Translations under genes and position numbers: made by a program | Assembly (NCBI GenBank): GCA_965206275.1 | Contig: OZ242203.1 | Location: 1,480,474-1,544,473 of the forward strand | Origin: Dehalococcoidia bacterium | GTDB lineage: Bacteria > Chloroflexota > Dehalococcoidia > UBA6926 | Direction: 5' to 3' | DNA length: 64,000 nt | Shown: one piece after another, positions 8,720 through 18,410 of the stretch | Position numbering within the stretch: the first letter of the stretch is position 1 | How the letters are laid out: each line of letters begins with the position of its first letter | Notes under the pieces: generated by a model | What the model saw: only the letters and a program-made list of their open reading frames with translations | What the model was told of the DNA's origin: nothing | The model's database searches: none

Positions 8720-11125
8720 ATGAGTTCTAACAGCACTGAACCACACCCCGGGCCGCTTGCGCGGTTGCGGGTTTTGGATTTGACGTCGTATCTCGCACAG
8801 CATTGCGCGCGGGCGCTGGGCGATATGGGGGCGGATGTCATTAAGGTGGAGCCGCGCGGTGGCGATCCTGCTCGGATGCTGCCGCCGTTCGCAGGGAACG
8901 TCGAGCACCGGGAACGCAGCCTGCGGTTTATCCACGCCAATCGCTCGAAGCGCGGTGTCACGCTGGATATCAACAATGAGACGGATCGGGAGAGCATCGC
9001 GAAACTTGCTGCCCGTTCAGACATCCTCGTAGAGGATTTTAAGCCGGGTTACATGGCGTCTGTCGGACTGGGATATGAGGATCTGAAGGCTGCCAATCCC
9101 AATCTTGTCTATGTTTCGATAACGCCGTTCGGGCAGACCGGCCCGCACGCGACGTTTGAGGGCGGCGATCTCATTGCGCAGGCGAGCGCGGGGATGATGT
9201 TCGCGAACGGCGACGACACCCGCCCGCCCGTCATGGCCCCTTTCGAGATGGTCACCCAGTTGGCGTGCATGCACGCGGCGTACGGCGCGGTTTTGGCGAT
9301 TCGGGCGCGGCGCGTCATCGGGCACGGCCAGCACGTGGATGTCTCGCAGCAGGAGGCGAGTCTCTGGGCGCAGCACAGCTATATCTCACGGTATTCGTAC
9401 ATCAACCAGATCACGCGCCGTGAGGGGCATCATTCAGCGTTTGGCGCGGTCAATACGTTCCGCACGCGTGACGACGGCTACGTGAACCTGTCCATTTACA
9501 TGCGACACCACTTCGGGCGCATGGCCACGGAACTCATGGGCAACCACCCGGTGCTCTCGGACGAGATGTGGTGGGAGCGCGAGGTGCGGCAAGAGAACCG
9601 CGAGGTCATCGACCAGTTCGTGCAGGAATACATGGAGACGGTCGACCGCGATGATGTCGCGGAGCGCGGTCAGGCCATCGGAATGCCAATCGTGCCGGTG
9701 CTGACGCCGGGCGAGTTCGCCGACAGTGCTCACGCCCGCGAGCGCGAGTTCTTCATCGACATGGAGCATCCCGTCATTGGGCCGTACAAGACGGCCGGCC
9801 CACCGCTCAAGTTCAGCAAGACGCCGTGGCAGCCAAGCCGAACTGCGCCGCTGCTGGGCGAGCATACGGAGGAGGTGCTGGCTGAATTAGAACGGGAGCC
9901 CGCGCCAGCCGGAGCCGCATCTAATGGAACGGTTGCCTCTAGTAGCATCAAGCCACTGGACGGCATCCGTGTTGTGGACTTCACACGGGCGTTTGCGGGG
10001 CCGTTGGCGACAATGTTCCTCGGATTCTTCGGCGCGGAGGTCATCAAGATTGAGTCCGAAGACCTGGACGATAACCGCGCTCCGGGTCAGACGACCTTCC
10101 AGGACCTGAATCGCACCAAGATCAGCGCGACTATCGACATGCGAACTCCCGAGGGCCAGCAGCTGATCCGTGAGCTGGCCGCAAAGAGCGATGCGGTCAT
10201 CGAGAATTTTAGGCCCACCGTCATGGATCGCCAGAACGTGGGCTACAAAGAACTGATCAAGGTCAAGCCGGACATCATCATGCTGGCGATGCCTGGCATG
10301 GGGAACTCCGGCCCGCTGAGCACCTATTTCTGCTATGGCCAGCAAATCATGGGCGTGTCCGGCATCACGAATCTCTGGGGACACCCGGACGCGCCGATGG
10401 ACACGCGGATCAAGATGCCGTTTCCGGACTATATCGCGGGCATCTTTGGGGCGCTGTCCGTGGCTGCCGCGCTTGAGTACCGCGACCGCACCGGCGAGGG
10501 TCAGTACATCGAGCTTGCCCAGGTGGAGGGTGGGGGACACCTGCTCACCGTCGCCTACATGGACTACATGATCAACGGCCATAACCCTCCGCCTGCGGGC
10601 AATCGCAGCGAGTTCTACGCGCCGCATGATGTGTATCCGTGCATCGGGTTCGATGAGTGGTGTGCCATTGAGGTTCATACCGAGGAGCAATGGCAGGCGC
10701 TCGTTGGGGCGATGGGCAGCCCGGGGTGGGCTAATGATGAGCGATTCGCCACCATGCATGCGCGTATCGCCAACAAGGAAGACCTGGACGCGAATATCAG
10801 CGAATGGACCAAGCAGTACACGCCGCGTGTCGCGATGCGTATCCTGCAACAGGCGAGCGTTCCTGCAGCATACGTCGCGAACGGCGAGACGTTGTACGTC
10901 GATCCGCACTTGCGGAGCCGCCCGGCGGCCATCGTTCCGGCTGAACACGCGGATGCGGGCTTGATGGAGCACCAGGGCATCGACACGAATCTGTCAGACA
11001 CGCCCGGCGACGCAGGCCAACCGTGTCCCACAAAGGGCCAGCAAAACGACTACGTCTTCAACGAGGTGTTGGCCCTGTCCGCAGAACGGCGGCGGGAGTT
11101 GGAAGAGAAGGGCGTGCTACGGTAG
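8720..11125 (+). CDS. fused tandem CoA-transferase family III (CaiB/BaiF) protein
   Basis: Two complete CaiB/BaiF-like halves. The first begins ~aa 15 (RVLDLTSYLAQ...GADVIKVEP). The second begins ~aa 410 (IRVVDFTRAFAGP...GAEVIKIES). Confidence 0.85.
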   Translation: MSSNSTEPHPGPLARLRVLDLTSYLAQHCARALGDMGADVIKVEPRGGDPARMLPPFAGNVEHRERSLRFIHANRSKRGVTLDINNETDRESIAKLAARSDILVEDFKPGYMASVGLGYEDLKAANPNLVYVSITPFGQTGPHATFEGGDLIAQASAGMMFANGDDTRPPVMAPFEMVTQLACMHAAYGAVLAIRARRVIGHGQHVDVSQQEASLWAQHSYISRYSYINQITRREGHHSAFGAVNTFRTRDDGYVNLSIYMRHHFGRMATELMGNHPVLSDEMWWEREVRQENREVIDQFVQEYMETVDRDDVAERGQAIGMPIVPVLTPGEFADSAHAREREFFIDMEHPVIGPYKTAGPPLKFSKTPWQPSRTAPLLGEHTEEVLAELEREPAPAGAASNGTVASSSIKPLDGIRVVDFTRAFAGPLATMFLGFFGAEVIKIESEDLDDNRAPGQTTFQDLNRTKISATIDMRTPEGQQLIRELAAKSDAVIENFRPTVMDRQNVGYKELIKVKPDIIMLAMPGMGNSGPLSTYFCYGQQIMGVSGITNLWGHPDAPMDTRIKMPFPDYIAGIFGALSVAAALEYRDRTGEGQYIELAQVEGGGHLLTVAYMDYMINGHNPPPAGNRSEFYAPHDVYPCIGFDEWCAIEVHTEEQWQALVGAMGSPGWANDERFATMHARIANKEDLDANISEWTKQYTPRVAMRILQQASVPAAYVANGETLYVDPHLRSRPAAIVPAEHADAGLMEHQGIDTNLSDTPGDAGQPCPTKGQQNDYVFNEVLALSAERRRELEEKGVLR

Positions 11126-11132
11126 CGCTAGA

Positions 11133-12140
11133 CTACCGCCTGCGGGAGATGGATCTACGCAGGATTACCGCGGCCAGCGTTGCGGCGACGGCCCATGCGG
11201 TGGCGATCCAAAAGAGTTGGCGGGCGTGCTCTATGTCCTCTTTCTCAATCGCGCGCCCCTCGAGGTTCGTGGCAGTCTCCCAGCCGGTAACGTCGGGCTC
11301 CGGGTCAAGGTAGACGCCCAAAGCGCCCGCCATCGCCGACTCAGTCCAGCCACCTTCAAGCACATTGCCGCGAGCGCTGGCCTCCGAGCGGCTTGTCTCC
11401 CACGCCTCTTGCGCGCGCTGTGAGGTCAACTGCGCGCCGGCGGAGAGAAATAGCCCGGATGCCACGGACGGCGCGATAGATGCCGCGCTGTCGATGCGCC
11501 TGGCCGCCACCGCAAGAGGATCATCACCGTGTCTGCGCCACCGAGCTGCGAGCGTCTTGACCACCCGATAGGCCACGGCTCCGGGGATGCCGAAGATCGC
11601 AAAATACAGAAGAGGCCCTACGACACCATCGCGGAAATCGTTGCTCAACCGGCGCAGCGCGTGGGAGCGCTGCTGTTGGAGCACCTCAGGAGAGACTTCC
11701 TGAGCGGTTCCCGTGACAGACTCGCTCATGCCCGCCTCGCGCATCAACCTCGTGACATCGTCTGAAACGACCTCTTGCCCAGTCTCTTGACCGTCCTGTT
11801 CTTCAAGCTCGCGTAGAGCATTCAGTCCGCCCCGGATGGAGATTGCGCCCTTGAGCAGCGCAGTGGCAGCCTCACGGTAGACGGCGCGGTGGATGAGGCC
11901 GGCCGCGCCGAGGATCCACTTGGAACCAAGCCATGCGGCATAGGGCAGGGCGAATGCCGTTCCCATGGCGTACACGGTGCGGGCAACGTATGAGTTCTGA
12001 GGCGCGCGCGCCTCCAGCGCGTCCGCGGCTCGCGTGGCGACACCGACAGGATCGGCTTCTTCAGGAATATCGCCTAGCAGGACATCCCATCCGACCGCCC
12101 AGAGAAGTGTGCCCGGCTCTTGTCCTCGCGGCATTGGCAT
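11133..12140 (-). CDS. cobD: adenosylcobinamide-phosphate synthase CobD/CbiB-like membrane protein
   Basis: GPLLYFAIFGIPGAVAYRVVKTLA and NVLEGGWTESAMAGALGVYL resemble the conserved CobD/CbiB blocks. Confidence 0.6.
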   Translation of the reverse strand: MPMPRGQEPGTLLWAVGWDVLLGDIPEEADPVGVATRAADALEARAPQNSYVARTVYAMGTAFALPYAAWLGSKWILGAAGLIHRAVYREAATALLKGAISIRGGLNALRELEEQDGQETGQEVVSDDVTRLMREAGMSESVTGTAQEVSPEVLQQQRSHALRRLSNDFRDGVVGPLLYFAIFGIPGAVAYRVVKTLAARWRRHGDDPLAVAARRIDSAASIAPSVASGLFLSAGAQLTSQRAQEAWETSRSEASARGNVLEGGWTESAMAGALGVYLDPEPDVTGWETATNLEGRAIEKEDIEHARQLFWIATAWAVAATLAAVILRRSISRRR

Positions 12141-12206
12141 CCTCCACTCCGCGACGCGCTACGCCGCCGTGTCAGGTTGCCTTCATTGTGCCATCAAACG
12201 GGTTCG

Positions 12207-12623
12207 TTATCGACTGTAACGCCTGCGTGCGATCATGTAGCGAAGGATGATGATGGCGACAACGGCCAACGCAATGACGATGAAAAGCAGGATGGCGCGA
12301 GGCCCGAGAATGCGTACGGCGATGAAGGCAAAGGCCAGCCCGATGGCCAGGCGCAACAGGAATAGCAACATGGTGGCTCTCATGAATTCACGGGCCGCGG
12401 GCCGAAGCCCCTCGCCGCTTCCGCCGCCAAAGCTGCGGAACATCCCGGCCATGCTGTTGAGAGGGCCGCCGTCACGCGCTCTTGGCGGACGTGGCATGAC
12501 GGGCTTTTCGCCCTGCTCACGCAGGATCTCCTCGATCTCGTCGCGGAGGCCATCACCCTGATGCTCCGCCTCACTGTCCTGGTTGTCCCGGGGTGTGCTC
12601 ATTGTGCTTCCCCTTACCCCCAT
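12207..12623 (-). CDS. small membrane protein (C-terminal TM helix)
   Basis: 138-aa ORF with hydrophobic LLFLLRLAIGLAFAFIAV and LLFIVIALAVVAIIIL segments. Confidence 0.35.
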   Translation of the reverse strand: MGVRGSTMSTPRDNQDSEAEHQGDGLRDEIEEILREQGEKPVMPRPPRARDGGPLNSMAGMFRSFGGGSGEGLRPAAREFMRATMLLFLLRLAIGLAFAFIAVRILGPRAILLFIVIALAVVAIIILRYMIARRRYSR

Positions 12624-12714
12624 ATCGCGTACGACGCAGGCTCTAACTGGCTCCGGGGGGAGCGGGCGCTGCGGTCATGCCCACACTGTACTCTCTTCGA
12701 CAAGGGAATGGGGA

Positions 12715-13419
12715 CTATTGGCCGTTGTCCGGCGCGGCCCACCCTTCCCTGACCATCAGAGCCGGCAGCTCATTCACGCTTTCCAGGAAGTAGTCCGGCG
12801 CCGGTTCATCGTCCATCGGGAAAGGGTACGACTTTCTGATGCGGATGGCGACTATCCCCATGTTACGCGCGCCGACAACGTCCGCCTCCGTGCGATCACC
12901 GATATAGATGCACTCCGACGCTTCAACACCAAGTCCGTCCAGGCAGTACTGAAAGATCTTTGGGTCCGGTTTGTGCGCGCCCACCTCTCCGCCAATGGCG
13001 ATACAGCCAAAATGATGCTCCAGCCCCAGCACATCGATCTTGCCGCGCTGCAGGTCTGTCGGCCCGTTCGTGATCAGCCCAAGCTTGAACCGCGCTCTGA
13101 GCCATGACAGCGTTTCCTCCACCCCGTCGTACAGACTCAGATGATCCATCAGCACCTTGTTGTAGACGCCCCGCATGAATTGCGTCGCCTCGTCGTCCAG
13201 ACCAAGCCGTTCCGCCATGCGCGACATGCGGTTCCGGAATCGACCCGGCACGCCCACCGAGTCCCAGTTCAACGCCTCACTCATAACCTCAGAAAGCAGT
13301 GTCGGGTCAACGGAATCCGCCAATGCCTCATGGACTGCTTGCAGGCGGAGGGGAGTCAACCCTTCCGAGTCGCAAAGGGTATCATCCAGGTCCAGAAGGA
13401 CAGCTCTGATGGGCGCCAT
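12715..13419 (-). CDS. HAD-superfamily hydrolase (subfamily IA)
   Basis: LLDLDDTL motif I, ITNG motif II, C-terminal IGDRTEADVVGA. Confidence 0.8.
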   Translation of the reverse strand: MAPIRAVLLDLDDTLCDSEGLTPLRLQAVHEALADSVDPTLLSEVMSEALNWDSVGVPGRFRNRMSRMAERLGLDDEATQFMRGVYNKVLMDHLSLYDGVEETLSWLRARFKLGLITNGPTDLQRGKIDVLGLEHHFGCIAIGGEVGAHKPDPKIFQYCLDGLGVEASECIYIGDRTEADVVGARNMGIVAIRIRKSYPFPMDDEPAPDYFLESVNELPALMVREGWAAPDNGQ

Positions 13420-14415
13420 CTACCCGATCTCTACCACTGAGGGGCGCATGAGGATGATTACGCGCCAGTCCCCGCTTTCGTCGGATACGGCGTCAATGAG
13501 CCTCAGACCGCCCTCCATTAGCGCGTATGCCGCCATGTCAAACTTCTCAGCAATGATGCCGGAGCCGATGAGTATCCCGCCCTGGCGTGTCGCGGTGGCA
13601 AGCGGCGCGGCCAGCTCCTCTAGTACTTCGGCAGTCAGGTTGGCTACCACAATGTCCCAGCCACTGTGCTCCTTGACTGTCTCCGGCCAATCCTGCTGCT
13701 CAACTGAAAAAGGATCCTGGCCGGTGCGGGGCAGGGTGCCCTCCCGAATTTCAATTACTTTTGAGAAGCCATTGTGTTCAACGTTATCACGGGCTGCGGC
13801 GACTGCGACAGGGTCGATATCAATCCCTCGCACATGCACTGCGCCAAGCTGAGCGGCAATGATGGACAGGATGCCGGAGCCGCAGCCGACATCCAACACC
13901 GTTTCTCCTGTCTGCACCTGCTTCTCCAGTTCTCGCGCGCAAAGCTGTGTGGTGGGATGCAGGCCGGTGCCGAATGCCATGCCTGGGTCGAGGTGGATTA
14001 CGATGTCATCCGGCTCAGGGTCATAGTCGCGCCACGTCGGAACGACAATGGATCGATAGCCGACGCGATGCGGGTGAAAGTGCTCACGCCACGCGGATTC
14101 CCAGTCCTCGTCGGCGATTGTCCGTTCATGCAGCTCGCCGACGGACGTGATCATGTCCAAGTAGGACAGGCCGTCTCTCAAGCCTTGCCGGGCTGCCACG
14201 ATCGCGCCATCTTCGCCGTTTTCCGGAAGCGGGGTGTAGGCTGCCACGCGAACGCGGCGGCTCTGTGTAAGGGACTGTGGGCCAGTACGTAATTCGTCCG
14301 GTTCAGACAATTCCTGAATCGCAACGCCGCCCGCGTGGCTGTATTGGCTAAAGAGATCCGTAACGGCCTCCGCCGTCTCACCGGTGACGACGACGCTGAA
14401 CTCTATCCATTTCAT
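13420..14415 (-). CDS. prmA: ribosomal protein L11 methyltransferase
   Basis: DPGMAFGTGLHPTTQLC and VLDVGCGSGILSI SAM-binding motifs. Confidence 0.85.
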   Translation of the reverse strand: MKWIEFSVVVTGETAEAVTDLFSQYSHAGGVAIQELSEPDELRTGPQSLTQSRRVRVAAYTPLPENGEDGAIVAARQGLRDGLSYLDMITSVGELHERTIADEDWESAWREHFHPHRVGYRSIVVPTWRDYDPEPDDIVIHLDPGMAFGTGLHPTTQLCARELEKQVQTGETVLDVGCGSGILSIIAAQLGAVHVRGIDIDPVAVAAARDNVEHNGFSKVIEIREGTLPRTGQDPFSVEQQDWPETVKEHSGWDIVVANLTAEVLEELAAPLATATRQGGILIGSGIIAEKFDMAAYALMEGGLRLIDAVSDESGDWRVIILMRPSVVEIG

Positions 14416-14993
14416 GGAGTCGGCGTGGCATTCGGATCCGGTGTTGGCGTTGGCGTACTGACAAAGATGTCCTGCTCTGTGATGAGGCGGGCCATGTGCT
14501 CACCCCATGCGCGATCCAGGAGATAGACACGGTCGATGCCGTCAATGCGCGCATAGTTCGTGATGCGATCGGGTGTCAGATCACCGACATAAACCGTGTA
14601 CGCTTGCCCGTCTTCCATATGGAAGCCCAAGGTAATCTGCGGTGAATCGAGTCCATATAGAGCGAGGGCGGCTTCGTCGGGATTCTCCATGATGAGCCGT
14701 GGAGAGCGCGCGCCGCCCGCAAGGAAAGGCGTTCCCGCGAACTCCTCACTAACCGGCGGGCCTTCCAGATCCCCGTAATGCCAGACCCGCTCGCTGTCCC
14801 GGATGAACGTGGCGACCGTGCCGAAATACGTTACATCCAGGCGATTGATTGTCAGGTCGTCCACCAGATAGAACCACTCCTGTGAGGTAGGGCTATCGTC
14901 CTCCTCCGGTTCGGTAAGTGGTGGTCCAAACCACAGATAGCCGCCCATGAGGACTGCAATCACCACGAGGACGAGTGTGATTCGGAAGTTCAT
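14412..14993 (-). CDS. membrane-anchored hypothetical protein (possibly DUF4340-like GldG-associated protein)
   Basis: N-terminal TM helix. 4-nt overlap with prmA and downstream of the gldG-like gene. PT-rich C-terminus. Confidence 0.45.
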   Translation of the reverse strand: MNFRITLVLVVIAVLMGGYLWFGPPLTEPEEDDSPTSQEWFYLVDDLTINRLDVTYFGTVATFIRDSERVWHYGDLEGPPVSEEFAGTPFLAGGARSPRLIMENPDEAALALYGLDSPQITLGFHMEDGQAYTVYVGDLTPDRITNYARIDGIDRVYLLDRAWGEHMARLITEQDIFVSTPTPTPDPNATPTP

Positions 14994-15036
14994 GGAACGC
15001 GCCGTTCCTTGTCGGCACTATCTCGGAGGGCGTGAC

Positions 15037-16632
15037 TCAGCGCCGCCGCCACCACGTCCACCCCGCGACAAGAATCATAAAGGCCGGAAAGACGCCAACG
15101 GATGAGTAAAGAATCCAGTTCGCCTGCCGCTGTGTGAGTGTAAGAATGCGAGGCACGTTCAGCCGTGCTCGCACGCCGATAAGACCTTCCTGTTCCGTGA
15201 GCCAGTTGACGGAATTCATCATCAAGTCCAGGTTGCCAACGGAGTTGATGAACTGATTCGTCGCGAACGCTGAGTTGCCGATGGCGACGATGCGTCCTGC
15301 GGTGTCTTGCGGAAAACGAGGGTCGGCAGGGAATTCGACAGCTGAGGCAATCGAGAGGGGCCCACGGGTGTCCTGATCCGCGTCGAATCGCGGTTCAACC
15401 AGGCTGCTTTCGTCGCGCTCAAGCCAACTACGGTCCGTCGTGAATGCCAGAGGGTAGACGGTTAGGGCAGAGCCTTCCATGACCTCCGGCGGCAACGGCG
15501 CGACACGAGTGACAAGAGGGAAGAACGTTACGAGGGAGCGGTCAATCATTGGAGCGGTTATGGGGTGATCGGGCAGGTAGGCATCGGCGCGGATTGTTGG
15601 CGTGGTGATGTCAGGCTGCGCGTAGCTGGCCGGGTCGACGATTGTGCCGCCGCCGGCGGCGATGCCTGCCAGGAAGAGCAGTTCCAGCCACGAATCCGGC
15701 GTATCTTCTGATAAAAGGAATAGAACGTTGCCGCCGCGTGCGAGATAGTTCCCCAGCAGATCACGGTCAATGCGCCCTTCTTCCTCGACCAGGTCGCGAT
15801 CTGGGCCTGCAACGACGACGACGGAGCACTCCTCCGGCACCTGCCCCGCGGACGCAAAGCCGAAGTCACGCACCACGTACAATTCGCGTTCCATCGCCTC
15901 CTTGGCGCGGCTCATGCCGATGTCGGTCGTGCTCAGGATGCTGTGCTCGCCGTGTCCCGTCAGGAAGCAGACGGTTCGGAGCTGCGTGCCTGTCGCGAGG
16001 AGGAGGTTCGAGGTGAACTCCTGCTCGGAGATCTGGCGCGTCTGAGTCACACGGTCACGCGAGGCAAAGACAACCACACCGTTCTGATCGATGTTGAACC
16101 TGCTGGCCTTGGCCGGATCCGTTTCCGGATCGACGATTTCATACGTGAAGTTGCCACTCAGCAAATCGTATTCGCGGAGCAGTTGTTCCGTTGCTGCTGC
16201 AGCCTCATCGCCCGGGGTGAAGAAACCGAAAGCCTCCACCGGCTGGTCAAGGTTCCTGAGCACCTCCTGAGTCTGGGTTGCGAGCGTGAATCCGCGATTA
16301 GCGGTCAAATCGACGCGGGCGTTCGCTGCAACGCTGACGACGTTGACAAGAGCCAGGACCACGGTGAAGGCGAGAATCATCACCAAAGTGTTGACGCCGT
16401 ACCGCCCCTGCCGCGTTGACATGATGCGAACGACCTGTTCGCGGCTGAGGAATGCGCCGACAAGCAGCGCAATTACTCCAACGCCCAATAGAACAAGCGC
16501 CCATGCTCTGAGTTCTGCGACGATGGCGTACAGGAGCGCGCCGCTGATGATGGCGACCGCGCCGACGACGAGCAGGGCTATGCCAATGTCCTCGGATACT
16601 CGCTCCCCACGCAGGGATAGACGATCACGCAT
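15037..16632 (-). CDS. GldG-like ABC-transporter auxiliary component
   Basis: Two TM segments flank a large periplasmic domain. Sits next to an ABC-2 permease and an ATPase. Confidence 0.72.
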   Translation of the reverse strand: MRDRLSLRGERVSEDIGIALLVVGAVAIISGALLYAIVAELRAWALVLLGVGVIALLVGAFLSREQVVRIMSTRQGRYGVNTLVMILAFTVVLALVNVVSVAANARVDLTANRGFTLATQTQEVLRNLDQPVEAFGFFTPGDEAAAATEQLLREYDLLSGNFTYEIVDPETDPAKASRFNIDQNGVVVFASRDRVTQTRQISEQEFTSNLLLATGTQLRTVCFLTGHGEHSILSTTDIGMSRAKEAMERELYVVRDFGFASAGQVPEECSVVVVAGPDRDLVEEEGRIDRDLLGNYLARGGNVLFLLSEDTPDSWLELLFLAGIAAGGGTIVDPASYAQPDITTPTIRADAYLPDHPITAPMIDRSLVTFFPLVTRVAPLPPEVMEGSALTVYPLAFTTDRSWLERDESSLVEPRFDADQDTRGPLSIASAVEFPADPRFPQDTAGRIVAIGNSAFATNQFINSVGNLDLMMNSVNWLTEQEGLIGVRARLNVPRILTLTQRQANWILYSSVGVFPAFMILVAGWTWWRRR

Positions 16633-16639
16633 TGACGGG

Positions 16640-17383
16640 TTACCGCCAGCGGCGGGTCTCTACGGCCCGCACAGTCAAGAAGAGGAAGAACACAATCAAA
16701 GAGAAGAAATAGATGATATCCCTCGTGTCGAACACGCCGAAGGCCATATCCCGGACATGTTCATTCATTGCAAGGAACGTCACGACGTCTGTCCATGCAT
16801 GATCGGGATCGCCCAACGCTGCAGTCGCATTGAATAACCAGAGCACGAGCAGGATTGCCAGAGAGAAGATTGCGGCAACAATCTGATTAGCCGTGAGCGC
16901 AGAGCCTAGCATCCCCACGGCGATAGCCACGGCGCCCACGAGGAACAGCGCAAAGTACCCCGTAATGAGGGGAATGACGTCCGGACTGCCGAAGAAGAAA
17001 AGCAATAGTGGGAAATAGAGAGTGAGTGAGTACATGCCCGTGAGGATTGTCAGCGCTGCGAGATATTTCCCGAAAACGATCTCGATATCCCTGACGGGGG
17101 CAGTCAATAGAAGCTCCATCGTGCCCAGCTTCTGCTCCTCTGCCAGTAACCGCATGGTGAGCGCAGGAGCGATGAGGATCGTCAGGAAGAACGCGCCAAT
17201 GGGACCGATGGGGCCGAAAAGGAATCCTCGGATTGTTGCCTCGGGATAACGTCCGGTGACACTCAGGGCAAATGAGAGGCCGGTGAGGCCGAGGAAAATG
17301 GCGGCAATGACCCAGGCGTTGGGCGAGTTCACATAGGAGCGTAGTTCACGCAGCCAGATAGTACGGATTGTTCGCACGTTCAC
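16640..17383 (-). CDS. ABC-2 family transporter permease (GldF-like)
   Basis: Six predicted TM helices. Start overlaps the ABC ATPase stop by 4 nt. Confidence 0.75.
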   Translation of the reverse strand: MNVRTIRTIWLRELRSYVNSPNAWVIAAIFLGLTGLSFALSVTGRYPEATIRGFLFGPIGPIGAFFLTILIAPALTMRLLAEEQKLGTMELLLTAPVRDIEIVFGKYLAALTILTGMYSLTLYFPLLLFFFGSPDVIPLITGYFALFLVGAVAIAVGMLGSALTANQIVAAIFSLAILLVLWLFNATAALGDPDHAWTDVVTFLAMNEHVRDMAFGVFDTRDIIYFFSLIVFFLFLTVRAVETRRWR

Positions 17384-18324
17384 GCGGCTGTCTCCTCGTC
17401 CTCGGTGGTCAGTCGCAAGAAAATCTCCTCAAGTGAAAGGCCCATGGCGCGGAGCTCCACGAGGCCCCATCCGTGGTCTGCTACAGCACGGGCAAGCTCG
17501 ACACGTATGTCTCGGCTCGGCGCGCATTCCACGACGAACTGTTGACGCCCGCCCGCGTCTGAAAGCGTGACTTCCGTAACTCCGTCTACACCGGAGAGAG
17601 CCTGCTGAATCTGCTCGCGCGGGCCGCGCACTTCCATCACGACGCGGGAGACGCCGCCGAGGCGGGCAGACAGCCGCTCCGCCGTGTCCATGACCACGAT
17701 CCGTCCTTCGTGAATGATCAGCACGCGGTCACAGACCATGCTGACCTCCGGCAGGATGTGGGTGGAGAGAATCACGGTATGGTCGCCGCCGAGGCCCCGG
17801 ATGATTTGCCGTGTCTCGACGACCTGCCGCGGATCAATTCCGATAGTCGGCTCGTCAAGCACGAGCACGGGCGGCTCATGCAGGATGGCCTGCGCGATGC
17901 CGACACGCTGGCGATATCCCTTTGAGAGCTTGCTGACCAAAGAGTCCGTGTATTCCTCAAGGCGGCAGAGTCCGAACACATCCTCCACCCGGGCACGGAT
18001 ACGAGGCTTGCTCATGCCGCGCAGCTCTCCCATGTAGTGGAGGTACTCCCGCACGGTCATATCCGTGTAAAGCGGCACGGTTTCAGGCAGGTAGCCGATG
18101 GCTGCACGGGCGTCCAACGGTTCCTCCTGAACATCATGGCCCGCTACAACTGCAGTGCCGGAGGTGGGCGGCGTGAATCCGGTGATGATGCGCATAGTGG
18201 TCGTCTTCCCTGCGCCGTTAGGGCCGAGAAATCCGATAACCTCGCCCGGTTCGGCGGCAAAGGAAACGTCCTCAATTGCCGGAAAATCGCCGTAGAACTT
18301 AGTAAGGCCACGCGCCTCAATCAT
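17380..18324 (-). CDS. ABC transporter ATP-binding protein
   Basis: Walker A GPNGAGKTT, signature LSKGYRQRVGIAQA, Walker B VLVLDEPT. Confidence 0.9.
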   Translation of the reverse strand: MIEARGLTKFYGDFPAIEDVSFAAEPGEVIGFLGPNGAGKTTTMRIITGFTPPTSGTAVVAGHDVQEEPLDARAAIGYLPETVPLYTDMTVREYLHYMGELRGMSKPRIRARVEDVFGLCRLEEYTDSLVSKLSKGYRQRVGIAQAILHEPPVLVLDEPTIGIDPRQVVETRQIIRGLGGDHTVILSTHILPEVSMVCDRVLIIHEGRIVVMDTAERLSARLGGVSRVVMEVRGPREQIQQALSGVDGVTEVTLSDAGGRQQFVVECAPSRDIRVELARAVADHGWGLVELRAMGLSLEEIFLRLTTEDEETAA

Positions 18325-18410
18325 GCACCGCGCCCCCGTAGGTCGGAGAAGTATGAATATCTAGTGTAACGCACGCAGGCGAATTGGGGTTAGGGCAGAC
18401 CAGACGGCTG

